From: Acidobacteriota bacterium
Lineage (GTDB): Bacteria > Acidobacteriota > Terriglobia > 2-12-FULL-54-10
Length of the DNA stretch: 64,000 nt
Assembly (NCBI GenBank): GCA_016191085.1
Contig: JACPPJ010000054.1
Location: forward strand, 24,646-88,645
Direction: 5' to 3'
Shown: piece after piece, positions 1 to 9,983 of the stretch
Layout: every line of letters starts with the position of its first letter
Position numbering within the stretch: position 1 is the stretch's first letter
The notes under the pieces: model-generated
What the model saw: the letters and a program-made list of their open reading frames with translations, nothing else
What the model was told of the DNA's origin: nothing
Databases searched by the model: none
Position numbers and translations under genes: made by a program

Positions 1-699
1 GAGATGGCCAGAATGGCCCGCGAGGACGGTATCACCCACGTCGTCGCCACGCCTCATTCCAATTACCAGTATGCGTTTGATCCTGAGGTGAACCGCGATA
101 AGCGCGATGCATTGCAAAAGCTGATCGGCGATTCACCGGTGTTGCTGCTGGGCTGCGACTTCCATCTCAGCTACGAGAACCTGGAGGATATCCGCACGGA
201 TCCAGGCCGCTATACGATCAATGGCTTGCAGTACCTGTTGGTAGAGTTTGCCGACAGCGGCGTGCCGCCCAGCATGGACCAGATTTTCTTTGACCTCATC
301 AGTCGCAAGCTGGTTCCCATCATTACGCATCCGGAGCGCAACCCGCTGCTTTCTCGCGACCTTAACCTGCTCCAGAAATGGATCGGCGCAGGATGCTTCC
401 TACAAGTTACCGCCGGTTCGTTTCTCGGCCGTTTTGGCAAGCATGCGGAGAAGTTTTCAATGTCGCTGCTGAAACACAATATGATTCACTTCATCGCCAG
501 CGACGCGCATGATACTGTTTCACGCCCGTTGCAATTGGCGGAGGCGCGCCGTGTGATCGCCGAAGCCGCTGGTGAAGAAACGGCGAACGCACTCAGCGAA
601 GCGAATCCTCGCGCCACGATCGAGGGACGCGCTCTGCCGTGGCGTCCCGAGCTACTGCCCATCGTACAAGAGCGAAAGTGGTTCTCGTTTCGGGGCTGA
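1..699 (+). CDS. PHP-family protein-tyrosine phosphatase (CpsB/CapC/YwqE-like), 5'-truncated by the window edge
   Basis: Motifs VATPH, LLVEF, ITHPERN and IASDAHD. The frame is open from base 1 and the usual N-terminal DxHxH motif is absent, so the start lies upstream. Confidence 0.88.
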   Translation, partial: EMARMAREDGITHVVATPHSNYQYAFDPEVNRDKRDALQKLIGDSPVLLLGCDFHLSYENLEDIRTDPGRYTINGLQYLLVEFADSGVPPSMDQIFFDLISRKLVPIITHPERNPLLSRDLNLLQKWIGAGCFLQVTAGSFLGRFGKHAEKFSMSLLKHNMIHFIASDAHDTVSRPLQLAEARRVIAEAAGEETANALSEANPRATIEGRALPWRPELLPIVQERKWFSFRG

Positions 700-776
700 A
701 CAGCATTGCACTGCCTTCGAGCTGGTGTATCATAGCGCTTCTCCCCCGATGAGAGTTAATAAACTCTGACGAGACC

Positions 777-2369
777 ATGACCTACCCTGAGGGAGCCAAC
801 AGCCATCCCCGAGAGCAGACCGCGCGCATCATGCGCCTGATTGCGCAGGAAGGCCAGCCTTTGCGCGTTGTGTTGCTGGGTAAGCGACGTGAGGGGAAAA
901 CCGATTTACTGAGGCAGTTGCAGAGCCGTTTGTTCGAATCAGCCGAAGGTCCCATCCCGTTCCTCTATTCATTTGCGGGTTCCGCGAACGACGACGCGCT
1001 GGCGCGATCATTCCTGGCCTCGTTGTGCCAACAGGTGCGGGGATTTCTGATGCGGCAGGAAGAGATGTTGTTGGAACCGGCCGCCGCGCTGGAATCCGAG
1101 CTGCAGCGCGCGGGGCTGCCGATGAGCCTCAGCGAAATGGCCCGGAGTTTTCTCTCGCTCACGCCCTCTCAGCAGTGTGAACATGCAGGCATCGTGGTCG
1201 CGCAGTTCGCACACCGCGAGGGAAGACCCGTTTGCCTCCTGCTGGACGACTGTGAAGCCCTGCCACACAATGCTGCCATATTGCGCGGACTGAATTCTCC
1301 TTTTCTGAGTTGGTTGCTCACGGGTCGGCTCCCGTTCGCGTCCCGGCTGGCTGGAGCTCGTGCATGGCCGGTACTGCGCCTCGATCCGTTCTCGCGGGAA
1401 GATGCACTAGCCATCGCCAAACAAAACTGCCGTGCGTCTGGCATAACATTCGTTGAAGAGGTTTGGGACCAATGGTGCGGAGTTGCGGGGACGTCGGCGT
1501 CGCTCATCGAAGCGTTGGTATTGGCGGCGGCGGTTCGCGAAGACCCTCTCGACTCAATTGAGCAGCTTGGTCGCGTGTACTTTCGGGATTTGAGTTCCGG
1601 TTCGATCGGAAACTGGCTTGCGCGGCGGCTGGAGCAAGCCGTACCAGAACGATTGGATAGGGCGCCCGCCATTGAGGTGCTAATCGCCGCGGCCAACTCC
1701 GTCGAATCTTCGCGGACGGATGTGCTGAATCCACAGATCGCCGATGGACTCGTAGCCGAAGAGTGGGCTGAGGAAACAGCCTCCGGACCGCGAGTGGCGC
1801 TGGAACCTGTGCAGCGCGATTGGCTGCTTACCGTAGCGGCAGCACCGAATGTTCCACCTGAGCGCTCGCAGATACGGCGCTTGCAGCAGTTACTGCTGAG
1901 TGTGCGACAGCGAGGGAAGCAAGCCTCCGACGAGCCTTTCCTGAACCAGCTGCGCTCGCGGCTAATGGCTCTGCCTGAAACGGGGTTGCCGAAGATCGTG
2001 GATCTCGAGTGGCCGATGTTGTCGCCGCGCATCTCGGATGTCTATAAGGAACGCTCCGGGGGTGCTGAATTGTACTGGTTTTATGGGACAGTATGCGGCG
2101 AGAGTCTTTTTGTTCTGCTCATCGTGCTCTGCCCAAGAGAGCCATCCAATCTGGAAGTGGCAGACTGGCGCCGCGAGCTAGACCAAGAGATCCGCTTGCT
2201 GCACCACGGCCCTGCTCCCCCCGATGCGCAAGCCGCGCACAAGTTATGGTTGCTGGTTCCGCCAGCCGCGCCGCTGATGCCAACTCACTCGGAAAGGCGT
2301 TTCACCTGGCAAACTTTATCTAATTTTCTTGATCCTGCCCACACCGCCGTCCGGACGGGTGGCAATTGA
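777..2369 (+). CDS. Hypothetical P-loop NTPase (AAA/ATPase_2-like N-terminus, unknown C-terminus)
   Basis: 530-aa ORF with Walker A-like VVLLGKRREGKT and Walker B-like VCLLLDD. Confidence 0.6.
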   Translation: MTYPEGANSHPREQTARIMRLIAQEGQPLRVVLLGKRREGKTDLLRQLQSRLFESAEGPIPFLYSFAGSANDDALARSFLASLCQQVRGFLMRQEEMLLEPAAALESELQRAGLPMSLSEMARSFLSLTPSQQCEHAGIVVAQFAHREGRPVCLLLDDCEALPHNAAILRGLNSPFLSWLLTGRLPFASRLAGARAWPVLRLDPFSREDALAIAKQNCRASGITFVEEVWDQWCGVAGTSASLIEALVLAAAVREDPLDSIEQLGRVYFRDLSSGSIGNWLARRLEQAVPERLDRAPAIEVLIAAANSVESSRTDVLNPQIADGLVAEEWAEETASGPRVALEPVQRDWLLTVAAAPNVPPERSQIRRLQQLLLSVRQRGKQASDEPFLNQLRSRLMALPETGLPKIVDLEWPMLSPRISDVYKERSGGAELYWFYGTVCGESLFVLLIVLCPREPSNLEVADWRRELDQEIRLLHHGPAPPDAQAAHKLWLLVPPAAPLMPTHSERRFTWQTLSNFLDPAHTAVRTGGN

Positions 2370-2427
2370 CGCCACAAGCTACCGCCAAACGAGCCTGCGC
2401 ACCAACCAACGGCCGCGCCATGATGTG

Positions 2428-2733
2428 GCGGCTGTAAGATTCTCTGTTGAAAAAGCTGAAAAGACAATCGGGAATATCTGCGAGAAGAACCGGCCCGGAA
2501 GGCAGGAAGGAGGCACCCCCATGTCCCTTGTCAGCCAGAGGATAGCACTGCGGCAAGTGGAGCAAGGATGGGATCAGTTGCGTGAGCAAATCCTGGAGCA
2601 GTTGAAGAAGACGATCTAGGCTTGACTGGTAGCGGAACGGGTTCGGCGGTTGCGAGAGCGGAAGCAGGCCGGCGAGTGGATCTGTGAGGCCGACGATGAA
2701 CGCCAACTCCGCTTATCGGCCAAGAATCGCTAG
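2428..2733 (+). pseudogene. Possible IS256-family transposase N-terminal remnant (alternatively a 32-aa small protein, 2521-2619)
   Basis: Strong SD AAGGAGG (2507-2513) before ATG 2521. The frame reads ...LKKTI*A*LVAERVRRLRER..., with TAG at 2617 and TGA at 2623 in otherwise protein-like text. GGCTGTAAGATTCTCTG at about 2430 resembles IS256-type ends. Confidence 0.3.
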
Positions 2734-2828
2734 AATGGTAACCACGCCGAAGCTCACCATTTCGAAATTGTGTGAAACCCGTTATGATCTAAAGTTTATG
2801 GCCACGTTTCAATAGGAGGATTCAGGAC

Positions 2829-5291
2829 TTGTCCGTGCAAACCCTTACTAAATTCGATCTGGACGCGATGTTCAAACCGCGATCCATTGCCCTGGTCGGC
2901 GCCGCCAGAGATTTGACGAAGCTCAGTGGACGGCCTCTTCGCTTTCTCAAGGATTATGGCTACCCCGGCAAGATTTATCCCATCAATCCTAATTGCGAGG
3001 AAATCGCGGGATTCAAGTGCTATCCCGACCTGAAGAGCGTGCCGGACGACATTGACCTAGCGGTCGTGATGCTTCCGGCGAAAGCGGTTCCGGCAGCCAT
3101 CAAGGAGTGCGCGGCGAAGGGCGTCAAGGCAGCCACCGTTTTCACCGCGGGCTTTGCCGAAGTGAGCGCCGAAGGCCGGCGCATGCAGGAAGAAATGCGG
3201 CAGGCCGCGATCGAGGGCGGCGTAGCTCTTAGTGGCCCCAACTGCGCGGGCTTGGTGAGCGTGCGCGAGAAGTCCATGGGCACGTTCAACACGGCTATGG
3301 ACCGCGGCTCGCTGCGGGAAGGTCCGATCAGCTTCGTGGCGCAAAGCGGAGCGCTGGGGACCTACATGTTCGGCGCCGCACAGGATGCGGGAGTCGGATT
3401 CAACTACTGGGTCAGCACGGGAAATGAGGCCGTTTTGGGCCTGCCCGAGTTCGTCTCCTATTTCATCAAGCAGGAGACCACCAAAGGCATCATCGGCTAT
3501 ATGGAAGACGCGCGCGACGGCGAGGCTTTCAAACGCTGCGCCACTGAGGCGCTGGTCGCCGGAAAGCCGTTGATCATATTGAAAGTCGGTGTCTCCGACT
3601 CCGGCGCCAAGGCCGCAACATCGCACACGGGCGCGCTTGCCGGTTCGGATAAGGTCTATGACGCTGTGTTTGAACAGTACGGGGTGATTCGCGCGCATGA
3701 TGTGGAACAGCTCTTTGATTTCGCCACAATCTGCACCGCCCCGCATTACCCCGAAGGGCCGAACACCGCCATGATGACCATCTCCGGCGGCGCAGGCATC
3801 CTGATGTGCGACCGCTGCGAACAGGCGGGACTCAAAGTCGCAACGTTGAAAGATGAAACCATCGAAGCGCTGCGCCCGGTGCTTCCGGCTTTCGCTTCGC
3901 TGGTCAATCCGGTGGACGTTACGGCCGAGCTCGTTGCAACACCTGGGCTGCTGAAGACGCCTATGGAAATCGTGCTGGCCGATCCCAACGTGGACAGCCT
4001 CGTGATATTCCTCGGATTGCAACTCCACACCGGCACCGCGTTAGCGCGCGACATTGTCGAAGTCGCCAGTAAGACGGACAAGATGGTAGCTGTGAACTGG
4101 ATCGCTCCGCCAGCCGAGGCCCTAGGAATTTTGCGCGAGAACCACATTCCGGTTTTCTCAGATCCCGGCCGCGGTATTCGTGCATTGGGAGCGCTGGCGG
4201 GATATGTACGCAGACGCGAACGCTTCATGGCTAGGTCGGCGAAAGCAGCAACCGAGGTCGGTACAGATCGACAGACGCAGGATGAAGCGCGAGCGATCAT
4301 CCAGACCATACGCCGCGAAGAGCTTGCCTTCCAGAAGATGAGCGAAGCGGAAGGCAAAGCTATCCTAAGCTTGTATGGTATTCCATCACCGAAACGAACG
4401 CTTGCAACAAGTGCCACTCAAGCGGTGAAAGCAGCCGGAGATCTCGGCTTCCCCGTCGTCATGAAAATTTCATCGCCCGGTATCCCGCATAAAACGGAGG
4501 CTGGCGGCGTGCGTCTGGGCATTGCTGATGCGCAACAGGTGTCAAGAGCGTATGACGAAATCATCGCGAACGCCAAATCGTACAATCCCAAAGCTAAGCT
4601 CGACGGTGTTCTCGTCGAGCAGATGATTACGGGAGGCGTACAGGTGATGGTAGGGTTCAAGCAGGACGCGCGCTTCGGTCCGGCGGTGACGTTTGGTATG
4701 GGCGGTATCTACGTTGAATTAATGGGTGATGTCTCGCTGCGCGTCCTGCCGTTTGATGAAGAGGAAGCTCTGGACATGATGCAGGGCACCAAGGTATATC
4801 GATTGCTCACCGGCTTTCGCGGCGACAGGCCACGCGACATCGGCGCATTGGCAAAGGTGATCGTCGCTGTCGGCCGCCTCGCACAGGATTTCAAGGACGA
4901 GTTGGTCGAGGTCGATATCAACCCCGTGCTGGTGCTGCCGGAGGGCAAAGGCGTGGTCGCGGTAGATTCGCTAATGGTACTGGAATCGGCTACGACTAAA
5001 ATGGTTCGGAAGTTCGCTTCCAAGGTACGGAAAGAGCTTGGGGCACAAAGAGTCATCCTCTTTGGCAGTCACGTCACGGGCGACAACTCGAAATCTAGCG
5101 ATTTTGATTTCATCATCGTGAGCGAAAAATTCCAAGGCAAGCATTTATCGGAAAGACCGTCGGACACCTATCCATTATGGGAGGAAGCTGCGGGTACTAA
5201 GGTAAAATGTTACACGCCGGACGAATTCGCAACAGAGTTGAAGCAGGATGGATTTGTTCAGTCAGCGGTTCGCGAAGGCATCGAATTGTAA
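2829..5291 (+). CDS. Acyl-CoA synthetase (ADP-forming; CoA-binding + ligase + ATP-grasp) with C-terminal minimal nucleotidyltransferase-like domain
   Basis: PRSIALVGA, GPNCAG, AQSGA, STGNEA, phospho-His motif SHTGALAG, HKTEAGGV and DINPV. An extra C-terminal ~100 aa contains VILFGS-x10-DFD. RBS AGGAGG precedes a TTG start. Confidence 0.9.
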   Translation: MSVQTLTKFDLDAMFKPRSIALVGAARDLTKLSGRPLRFLKDYGYPGKIYPINPNCEEIAGFKCYPDLKSVPDDIDLAVVMLPAKAVPAAIKECAAKGVKAATVFTAGFAEVSAEGRRMQEEMRQAAIEGGVALSGPNCAGLVSVREKSMGTFNTAMDRGSLREGPISFVAQSGALGTYMFGAAQDAGVGFNYWVSTGNEAVLGLPEFVSYFIKQETTKGIIGYMEDARDGEAFKRCATEALVAGKPLIILKVGVSDSGAKAATSHTGALAGSDKVYDAVFEQYGVIRAHDVEQLFDFATICTAPHYPEGPNTAMMTISGGAGILMCDRCEQAGLKVATLKDETIEALRPVLPAFASLVNPVDVTAELVATPGLLKTPMEIVLADPNVDSLVIFLGLQLHTGTALARDIVEVASKTDKMVAVNWIAPPAEALGILRENHIPVFSDPGRGIRALGALAGYVRRRERFMARSAKAATEVGTDRQTQDEARAIIQTIRREELAFQKMSEAEGKAILSLYGIPSPKRTLATSATQAVKAAGDLGFPVVMKISSPGIPHKTEAGGVRLGIADAQQVSRAYDEIIANAKSYNPKAKLDGVLVEQMITGGVQVMVGFKQDARFGPAVTFGMGGIYVELMGDVSLRVLPFDEEEALDMMQGTKVYRLLTGFRGDRPRDIGALAKVIVAVGRLAQDFKDELVEVDINPVLVLPEGKGVVAVDSLMVLESATTKMVRKFASKVRKELGAQRVILFGSHVTGDNSKSSDFDFIIVSEKFQGKHLSERPSDTYPLWEEAAGTKVKCYTPDEFATELKQDGFVQSAVREGIEL

Positions 5292-5312
5292 GGAATCTTC
5301 CCCGACCAGCAG

Positions 5313-6011
5313 ATGAAGCTCTCCAACAGGGTCGCCCTCATCACGGGTGGCGGCAGAGGGATCGGCCGCGCCGTCGCCATGGCGTACGCGCGCGAGGGCG
5401 CTAAGGTTGCCATCTGTGCGCGAACCGCTGCTGAGATCGAGAAAGCAGTAGCTGATATCCGTGCTCTTGGCGATTGCGAAGGCTGGGTCTGCGATGTGTC
5501 CTCAGAAGAGTCGGTAAAGGAGTTCGTGACCGCTGCGCGCAGCAGGTTCGGAGATATAAACGTGCTCGTCAACAATGCCGGCGTAATGATCCGTCCTGCT
5601 CCCGTCACCAGCATTGACATCCGAAAATGGGACTACACCATGGCCGTGAATGTTCGCGGCGTGTTCCTGGTAACACAAGCCGTGTTGCCGATGATGATCA
5701 AACAGAAGTCCGGCGCAATCATTAACCTCTCATCCGATCTGGGGCGCGGCGGCTACGCCAACTTCGCAGCCTACGCGACCTCAAAATGGGCCGTGGAAGG
5801 TTTCACGCAAACGCTTGCCGCCGAAGTCCGGCCCTACAACATCCGCGCCAATACCGTCTCTCCAGGCGTGGTTGCCACTAAGATGACCGGCTACAGCGGC
5901 AGCGAACCGGAGTCGGTCACCGACCTGTTCGTTTATCTCGCCTCCGATGAAAGCAAAGGAATCACCGGAAAAATGCTGGACATTTCGCACTGGAAGTCGC
6001 AGTTGCGCTAA
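5313..6011 (+). CDS. Classical SDR-family NAD(P)-dependent oxidoreductase
   Basis: TGGGRGIG, NNAG, YATSK (YxxxK) and SPG. Confidence 0.93.
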   Translation: MKLSNRVALITGGGRGIGRAVAMAYAREGAKVAICARTAAEIEKAVADIRALGDCEGWVCDVSSEESVKEFVTAARSRFGDINVLVNNAGVMIRPAPVTSIDIRKWDYTMAVNVRGVFLVTQAVLPMMIKQKSGAIINLSSDLGRGGYANFAAYATSKWAVEGFTQTLAAEVRPYNIRANTVSPGVVATKMTGYSGSEPESVTDLFVYLASDESKGITGKMLDISHWKSQLR

Positions 6012-6080
6012 CGTGATTCGTATTTTTTCTCCGCCGCGAAGGCCAGCAGGATTGCCGATGCCCCTAAATCGTAGTCTGCT

Positions 6081-6100
6081 CTCTGTGTGTGCTCTGTGGT
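6081..6100. repeat. Degenerate copy of the CTCTGTG-type dispersed repeat
   Basis: CTCTGTGTGTGCTCTGTGGT resembles the copies at 16943-16960 (inverted) and 39964-39989. Confidence 0.5.
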
Positions 6101-6156
6101 AAAACGTCTCTCCTCCGTTGTGCTACTCTACTCATTAACCGACCACGAAAGCAACC

Positions 6157-7287
6157 ATGCGGCTCAAAGATTTCGATTACCATCTCCCTCCTGACCTCAT
6201 CGCGCAGCATCCGGCGCCGGATCGCGCCGATTCTCGCATGCTGGTGCTCGACCGCGCGGCGGGCACATTTCGCGACTCCTGTTTTCGCGAACTTGCTCAG
6301 ATTTTGCAACCAGGAGATGTTCTGGCGGTAAACAATTCGCGAGTACTGCCGGCGCGGCTTTTCGGGCATCGCGTCGGCGTGCGCTCTCTGCCAATCGGAA
6401 AGAAGAACCCGGCGCGACGTGAATACCTTACGACAGAAATTGAGGTATTGCTGGCGCGTCAGTTGGACGAGCGCACCTGGGAAGCACTAGTGCGGCCGGG
6501 GCGCAAGATTCGAACTGGGGAGAAGATCGTATTTGAGTCCCCGACGCACCCGCTCTCTCACGGTCGCGGCTCTGAAACGGGTTCCGGCACGACTCTGGAG
6601 GCGGAGGTCGTCGGGCGCGGCGAGTACGGACTACGGGTCCTCCGGTTTCCTGAAGGCGTGTCGTTTACCGAGCGCCTGGAAAAAATCGGCCACGTACCGC
6701 TGCCGCCCTATATTCATCGCGCCGACCAACAGGAGGACCGGGCGCGATACCAGACGGTCTACGCGCGTGAGCGGGGATCGGTCGCCGCGCCCACGGCCGG
6801 ACTGCACTTTACCGAAGAGATGTTAAGGCAGCTTGAGCAGCGCGGCATCGAGCGCGTCGAGATCACACTGCATATCGGTTTGGGAACCTTTCAGCCCATC
6901 CACACAGAAGAGATCACCGATCACCAAATGCATCCCGAATCATTCACGGTCTCACCCGATGCGGCCGAGAGGCTGAATCGCGCATTGAGGGAGAAGCGTC
7001 GTATCGTGGCTGTGGGCACCACTACCGTTCGCACACTCGAGCACTTGGCCGCTGAACACGACGGCACGATCGTGCCCAGCTCCGGCGAAACACGCCTGTT
7101 CATACTGACTGGATTTCAGTTTCGAGTGATCGGCGGGTTGCTGACGAACTTCCATCTGCCACGGACGACGCTGCTCATGTTGGTATCGGCTTTCGCCGGC
7201 CGCGAATTGGTGCTGAAGGCATACGAGCACGCTGTCCAGGAGCGTTATCGCTTCTACTCCTACGGCGATTGCATGCTGATCTTGTGA
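6157..7287 (+). CDS. queA: S-adenosylmethionine:tRNA ribosyltransferase-isomerase
   Basis: FDYHLP, LIAQHP, GHVPLPPYI, RYQTVYA, GSVAAPTAGLHF, NFHLP and YRFYSYGDCMLI. Confidence 0.97.
   Translation: MRLKDFDYHLPPDLIAQHPAPDRADSRMLVLDRAAGTFRDSCFRELAQILQPGDVLAVNNSRVLPARLFGHRVGVRSLPIGKKNPARREYLTTEIEVLLARQLDERTWEALVRPGRKIRTGEKIVFESPTHPLSHGRGSETGSGTTLEAEVVGRGEYGLRVLRFPEGVSFTERLEKIGHVPLPPYIHRADQQEDRARYQTVYARERGSVAAPTAGLHFTEEMLRQLEQRGIERVEITLHIGLGTFQPIHTEEITDHQMHPESFTVSPDAAERLNRALREKRRIVAVGTTTVRTLEHLAAEHDGTIVPSSGETRLFILTGFQFRVIGGLLTNFHLPRTTLLMLVSAFAGRELVLKAYEHAVQERYRFYSYGDCMLIL
6547..6575. repeat. REP-like repeat inserted in-frame in queA
   Basis: CACCCGCTCTCTCACGGTCGCGGCTCTGA is the reverse complement of 38852-38880 (in queG) with 2 mismatches in 29 nt. 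Confidence 0.75.
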
Positions 7288-7419
7288 CCGCCCTCGCAAA
7301 GCAGCCATTCGAGAGTACTGCACCGAATCGGCCAGTTTTGGCACGCAGTGACCCAGATGCTACTATGACGCGCAGATGGGCGTGGAGAAGTTGCAAACAT
7401 ATCGACTGGAGCGGAAACT

Positions 7420-8874
7420 TTGGCGTACCAGGATTTGAGGGAGTTCGTTCAGGCACTAGGCAAAGCTGGCGAGTTGAAGCGCATCAAAGTTGAAGTAGAT
7501 CCCATTCTGGAAATCTCGGAGATCGCCGACCGCGTGTCCAAGAGCGGCGGGCCTGCCCTGCTATTCGAAAGCGTGAAGAACAGCAGCATTCCGGTGCTCA
7601 TCAACGCCTTCGGTTCGTCGCGCCGAATGCAGATGGCGCTGGGAGTGAAGTCGCTTGAAGACATCTCTCGCCGCATCCGCGACCTGCTGACGATGAAACC
7701 GCCAGAGGGAATCCTGGACAAGCTGATGATGCTGCCTCTGCTCGCCGAGGTAGGTTCCTTCTTTCCAAAGCGCGTCAACGACGGCCCTGCCCACGAGGTA
7801 ATCCTGCAAGACCAGTTCTCGCTGTTGGACCTACCTATCCTGCAATGTTGGCCTCAGGACGGCGGACGCACCATCACTTTCCCCGTGGTATTCTCACGCG
7901 ATCCCAACACCGGCAAGCGAAACTGTGGCATGTACCGGATGCAGGTCTACGATGAGCGCACCACCGCCATGCACTGGCAGATCCATAAGCAGGGCGCAGA
8001 GCATTTCCGCCGCGCGTCAAAGGAAGCCGCCTCCAAGGTGCGGATGGATGTCGCAGTGGCGATCGGAACCGACCCGGCTGTCACCTTCTCCGCGATCGCG
8101 CCGCTGCCTCCCGACCTCGATGAGATGCTGTTCGCCGGTTTCCTTCGTTCGAAGCCCGTGGAGATGATGCGCTGCAAGACAGTGGACCTGGAGGTTCCTG
8201 CGAACGCCGAGATCACTCTGGAGGGGTACGTGGATCTGAACGAGCGGCGCACTGAAGGCCCATTCGGCGATCACACCGGATTTTACTCGCTGCCGGATGA
8301 GTATCCAGTGTTTCATGTGAGCTGCATGACGCATCGCAAGAATCCCATCTACTCGACGACGCTGGTCGGGCCTCCTCCCATGGAAGACTGCTATATGGGG
8401 CGCGCGGTCGAGCGCATTTTCCTGCCGCTGATGCAGCTCCAATTGCCGGAAATTACGGACGTTCACCTGCCGTTTGAAGGCATTTTCCACAACCTGATGC
8501 TGATCTCGATTCGTAAAGTATACCCGGGCCATGCGCGAAAGGTGATGAATGCGATTTGGTCACTCGGCCAGGCGATGTGCACAAAGTGCATCGTCGTAGT
8601 GGACGATGACGTGGACGTGCAGAACGTACGCGAAGTGGTCTGGAAAGCACTGAACAACATCGACCCCGAACGCGATATCCAGTTTGTAATGGGGCCAATC
8701 GATTCTCTTGACCACGCCAGCCGGTTGCCGAACTACGGTTCGAAGATGGGAATAGACGCCACGCGCAAATGGCCCGGCGAAGGATTCCAAAGGCCGTGGC
8801 CCGATGAACTCCGCATGGATCCGGGGATCAAGGCAATGGTGGACGCGAAATGGGACAAGCTGGGATTGAAGTGA
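7420..8874 (+). CDS. UbiD-family prFMN-dependent decarboxylase (probably menaquinone/futalosine-pathway type)
   Basis: GPALLFE, NCGMYRMQV, EGPFGDHTGFY and SKMGIDAT. TTG start. Confidence 0.9.
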   Translation: MAYQDLREFVQALGKAGELKRIKVEVDPILEISEIADRVSKSGGPALLFESVKNSSIPVLINAFGSSRRMQMALGVKSLEDISRRIRDLLTMKPPEGILDKLMMLPLLAEVGSFFPKRVNDGPAHEVILQDQFSLLDLPILQCWPQDGGRTITFPVVFSRDPNTGKRNCGMYRMQVYDERTTAMHWQIHKQGAEHFRRASKEAASKVRMDVAVAIGTDPAVTFSAIAPLPPDLDEMLFAGFLRSKPVEMMRCKTVDLEVPANAEITLEGYVDLNERRTEGPFGDHTGFYSLPDEYPVFHVSCMTHRKNPIYSTTLVGPPPMEDCYMGRAVERIFLPLMQLQLPEITDVHLPFEGIFHNLMLISIRKVYPGHARKVMNAIWSLGQAMCTKCIVVVDDDVDVQNVREVVWKALNNIDPERDIQFVMGPIDSLDHASRLPNYGSKMGIDATRKWPGEGFQRPWPDELRMDPGIKAMVDAKWDKLGLK

Positions 8875-8912
8875 CGAGTGACAGATGCCTCACGTAGCGG
8901 CGACCAGCCGGG

Positions 8913-9557
8913 TCACACTGCGTCTGAGCTCGATTTCGCTTGACGTGCAGTTTCAGGCGCAGAGCATTTCCGCGAGCGCCGCACAATGTAAACAACAGCA
9001 ATGCTGGCGATGACAACGATCATCCCACAGAACACGTAGGGACCCACCTTTAGCAGTACAGGCCATATTTTGTTCCCGTAGCGGACGGCCAGGATGCCTT
9101 GAGCGGAGTAGCGGATGCCGCGGCCGATGACGACCGCCGCGACGAACCTGTCGAACCTGGCCTTTCCCAAACCTGCTGCGATCACCACTGATTTGAAAGG
9201 CATGGGAGGCGGCAGCACCGAGCCAACGAGCACCGCTAAGAACCCGTATTTGTCCACGAATCGCCGGATCCGCGGCAAGTCCTTGTACCTGGGGTTAGTT
9301 TCAACGAACTTCTCCTCGCTCCATCGAGCCACAGAGTAGAGTATGCAACAGCCGAGCAGCGATCCGGCTACGGCGGAAACGATGTAATACGGCATTCGGT
9401 GAGGCTGTAAAACGGAGAGCGTAATTAGCCACAGATCGACGGCTTCCGGCAATGGCACGAATGAGGAGTCCATGGCAGCCGCAACGAACAGTCCTTGCCC
9501 ACCTAAAGGCAGGAGAACCTTAGCCGCCCAGTCCGCCAGTCTAGATATAAACCACAC
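8913..9557 (-). CDS. DedA/VTT (YqaA-like) membrane protein
   Basis: AMDSSFVPLPEAVD, AGSLLG, PPPMPFK and GRGIRY, with several hydrophobic segments. Confidence 0.85.
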   Translation of the reverse strand: MWFISRLADWAAKVLLPLGGQGLFVAAAMDSSFVPLPEAVDLWLITLSVLQPHRMPYYIVSAVAGSLLGCCILYSVARWSEEKFVETNPRYKDLPRIRRFVDKYGFLAVLVGSVLPPPMPFKSVVIAAGLGKARFDRFVAAVVIGRGIRYSAQGILAVRYGNKIWPVLLKVGPYVFCGMIVVIASIAVVYIVRRSRKCSAPETARQAKSSSDAV

Positions 9558-9644
9558 ACTAGCCTCTAATGACGACTCTCAATGTATGCAATTGCAAGCG
9601 ACGGGACCTGAAACGGGCGCGGCCAAATACGTCGGGCGGCGCGT

Positions 9645-9983
9645 TCAACGGAAGCTTTGCACTGCGGTGTTTTCGTCGTCGAACACTTCAAACAATGTAA
9701 GCAGTTTCGCGATCTGTAGCAGATCGCGCACCTTCTTAGGTAAGTTTAGCAGTTTGAGGTGGCCTTGTCGGTCGCGAAGGTAGGTGTAACCGCTGACGAT
9801 TGTGCCTAGGCCGGAGCTATCTACGTAACTGACGGCGGCAAGATTCAGCAGAATTTTGGTGCGGCGCTGCCGGACGAAATCGGCCAGCGCCTCCTGAAGC
9901 ACCTCACAGCCTTCGCCCAGAACAATACGGCCGCTCAAATCGAGGACCGTCACCCCATCCACTTGCCGGCTGGATGCCATCAC
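9645..9983 (-). CDS. STAS-domain anti-sigma factor antagonist (RsbV/SpoIIAA-like)
   Basis: VTVLDLSGRI and LLNLAAVSYVDSSGLG, which carries the phosphorylatable Ser. Confidence 0.92.
   Translation of the reverse strand: MMASSRQVDGVTVLDLSGRIVLGEGCEVLQEALADFVRQRRTKILLNLAAVSYVDSSGLGTIVSGYTYLRDRQGHLKLLNLPKKVRDLLQIAKLLTLFEVFDDENTAVQSFR

Noticed and set aside
4980-6011. MNT-HEPN toxin-antitoxin pair
   Set aside because: The gene after the MNT domain is a plain SDR, and no HEPN (RxxxxH) ORF is adjacent.
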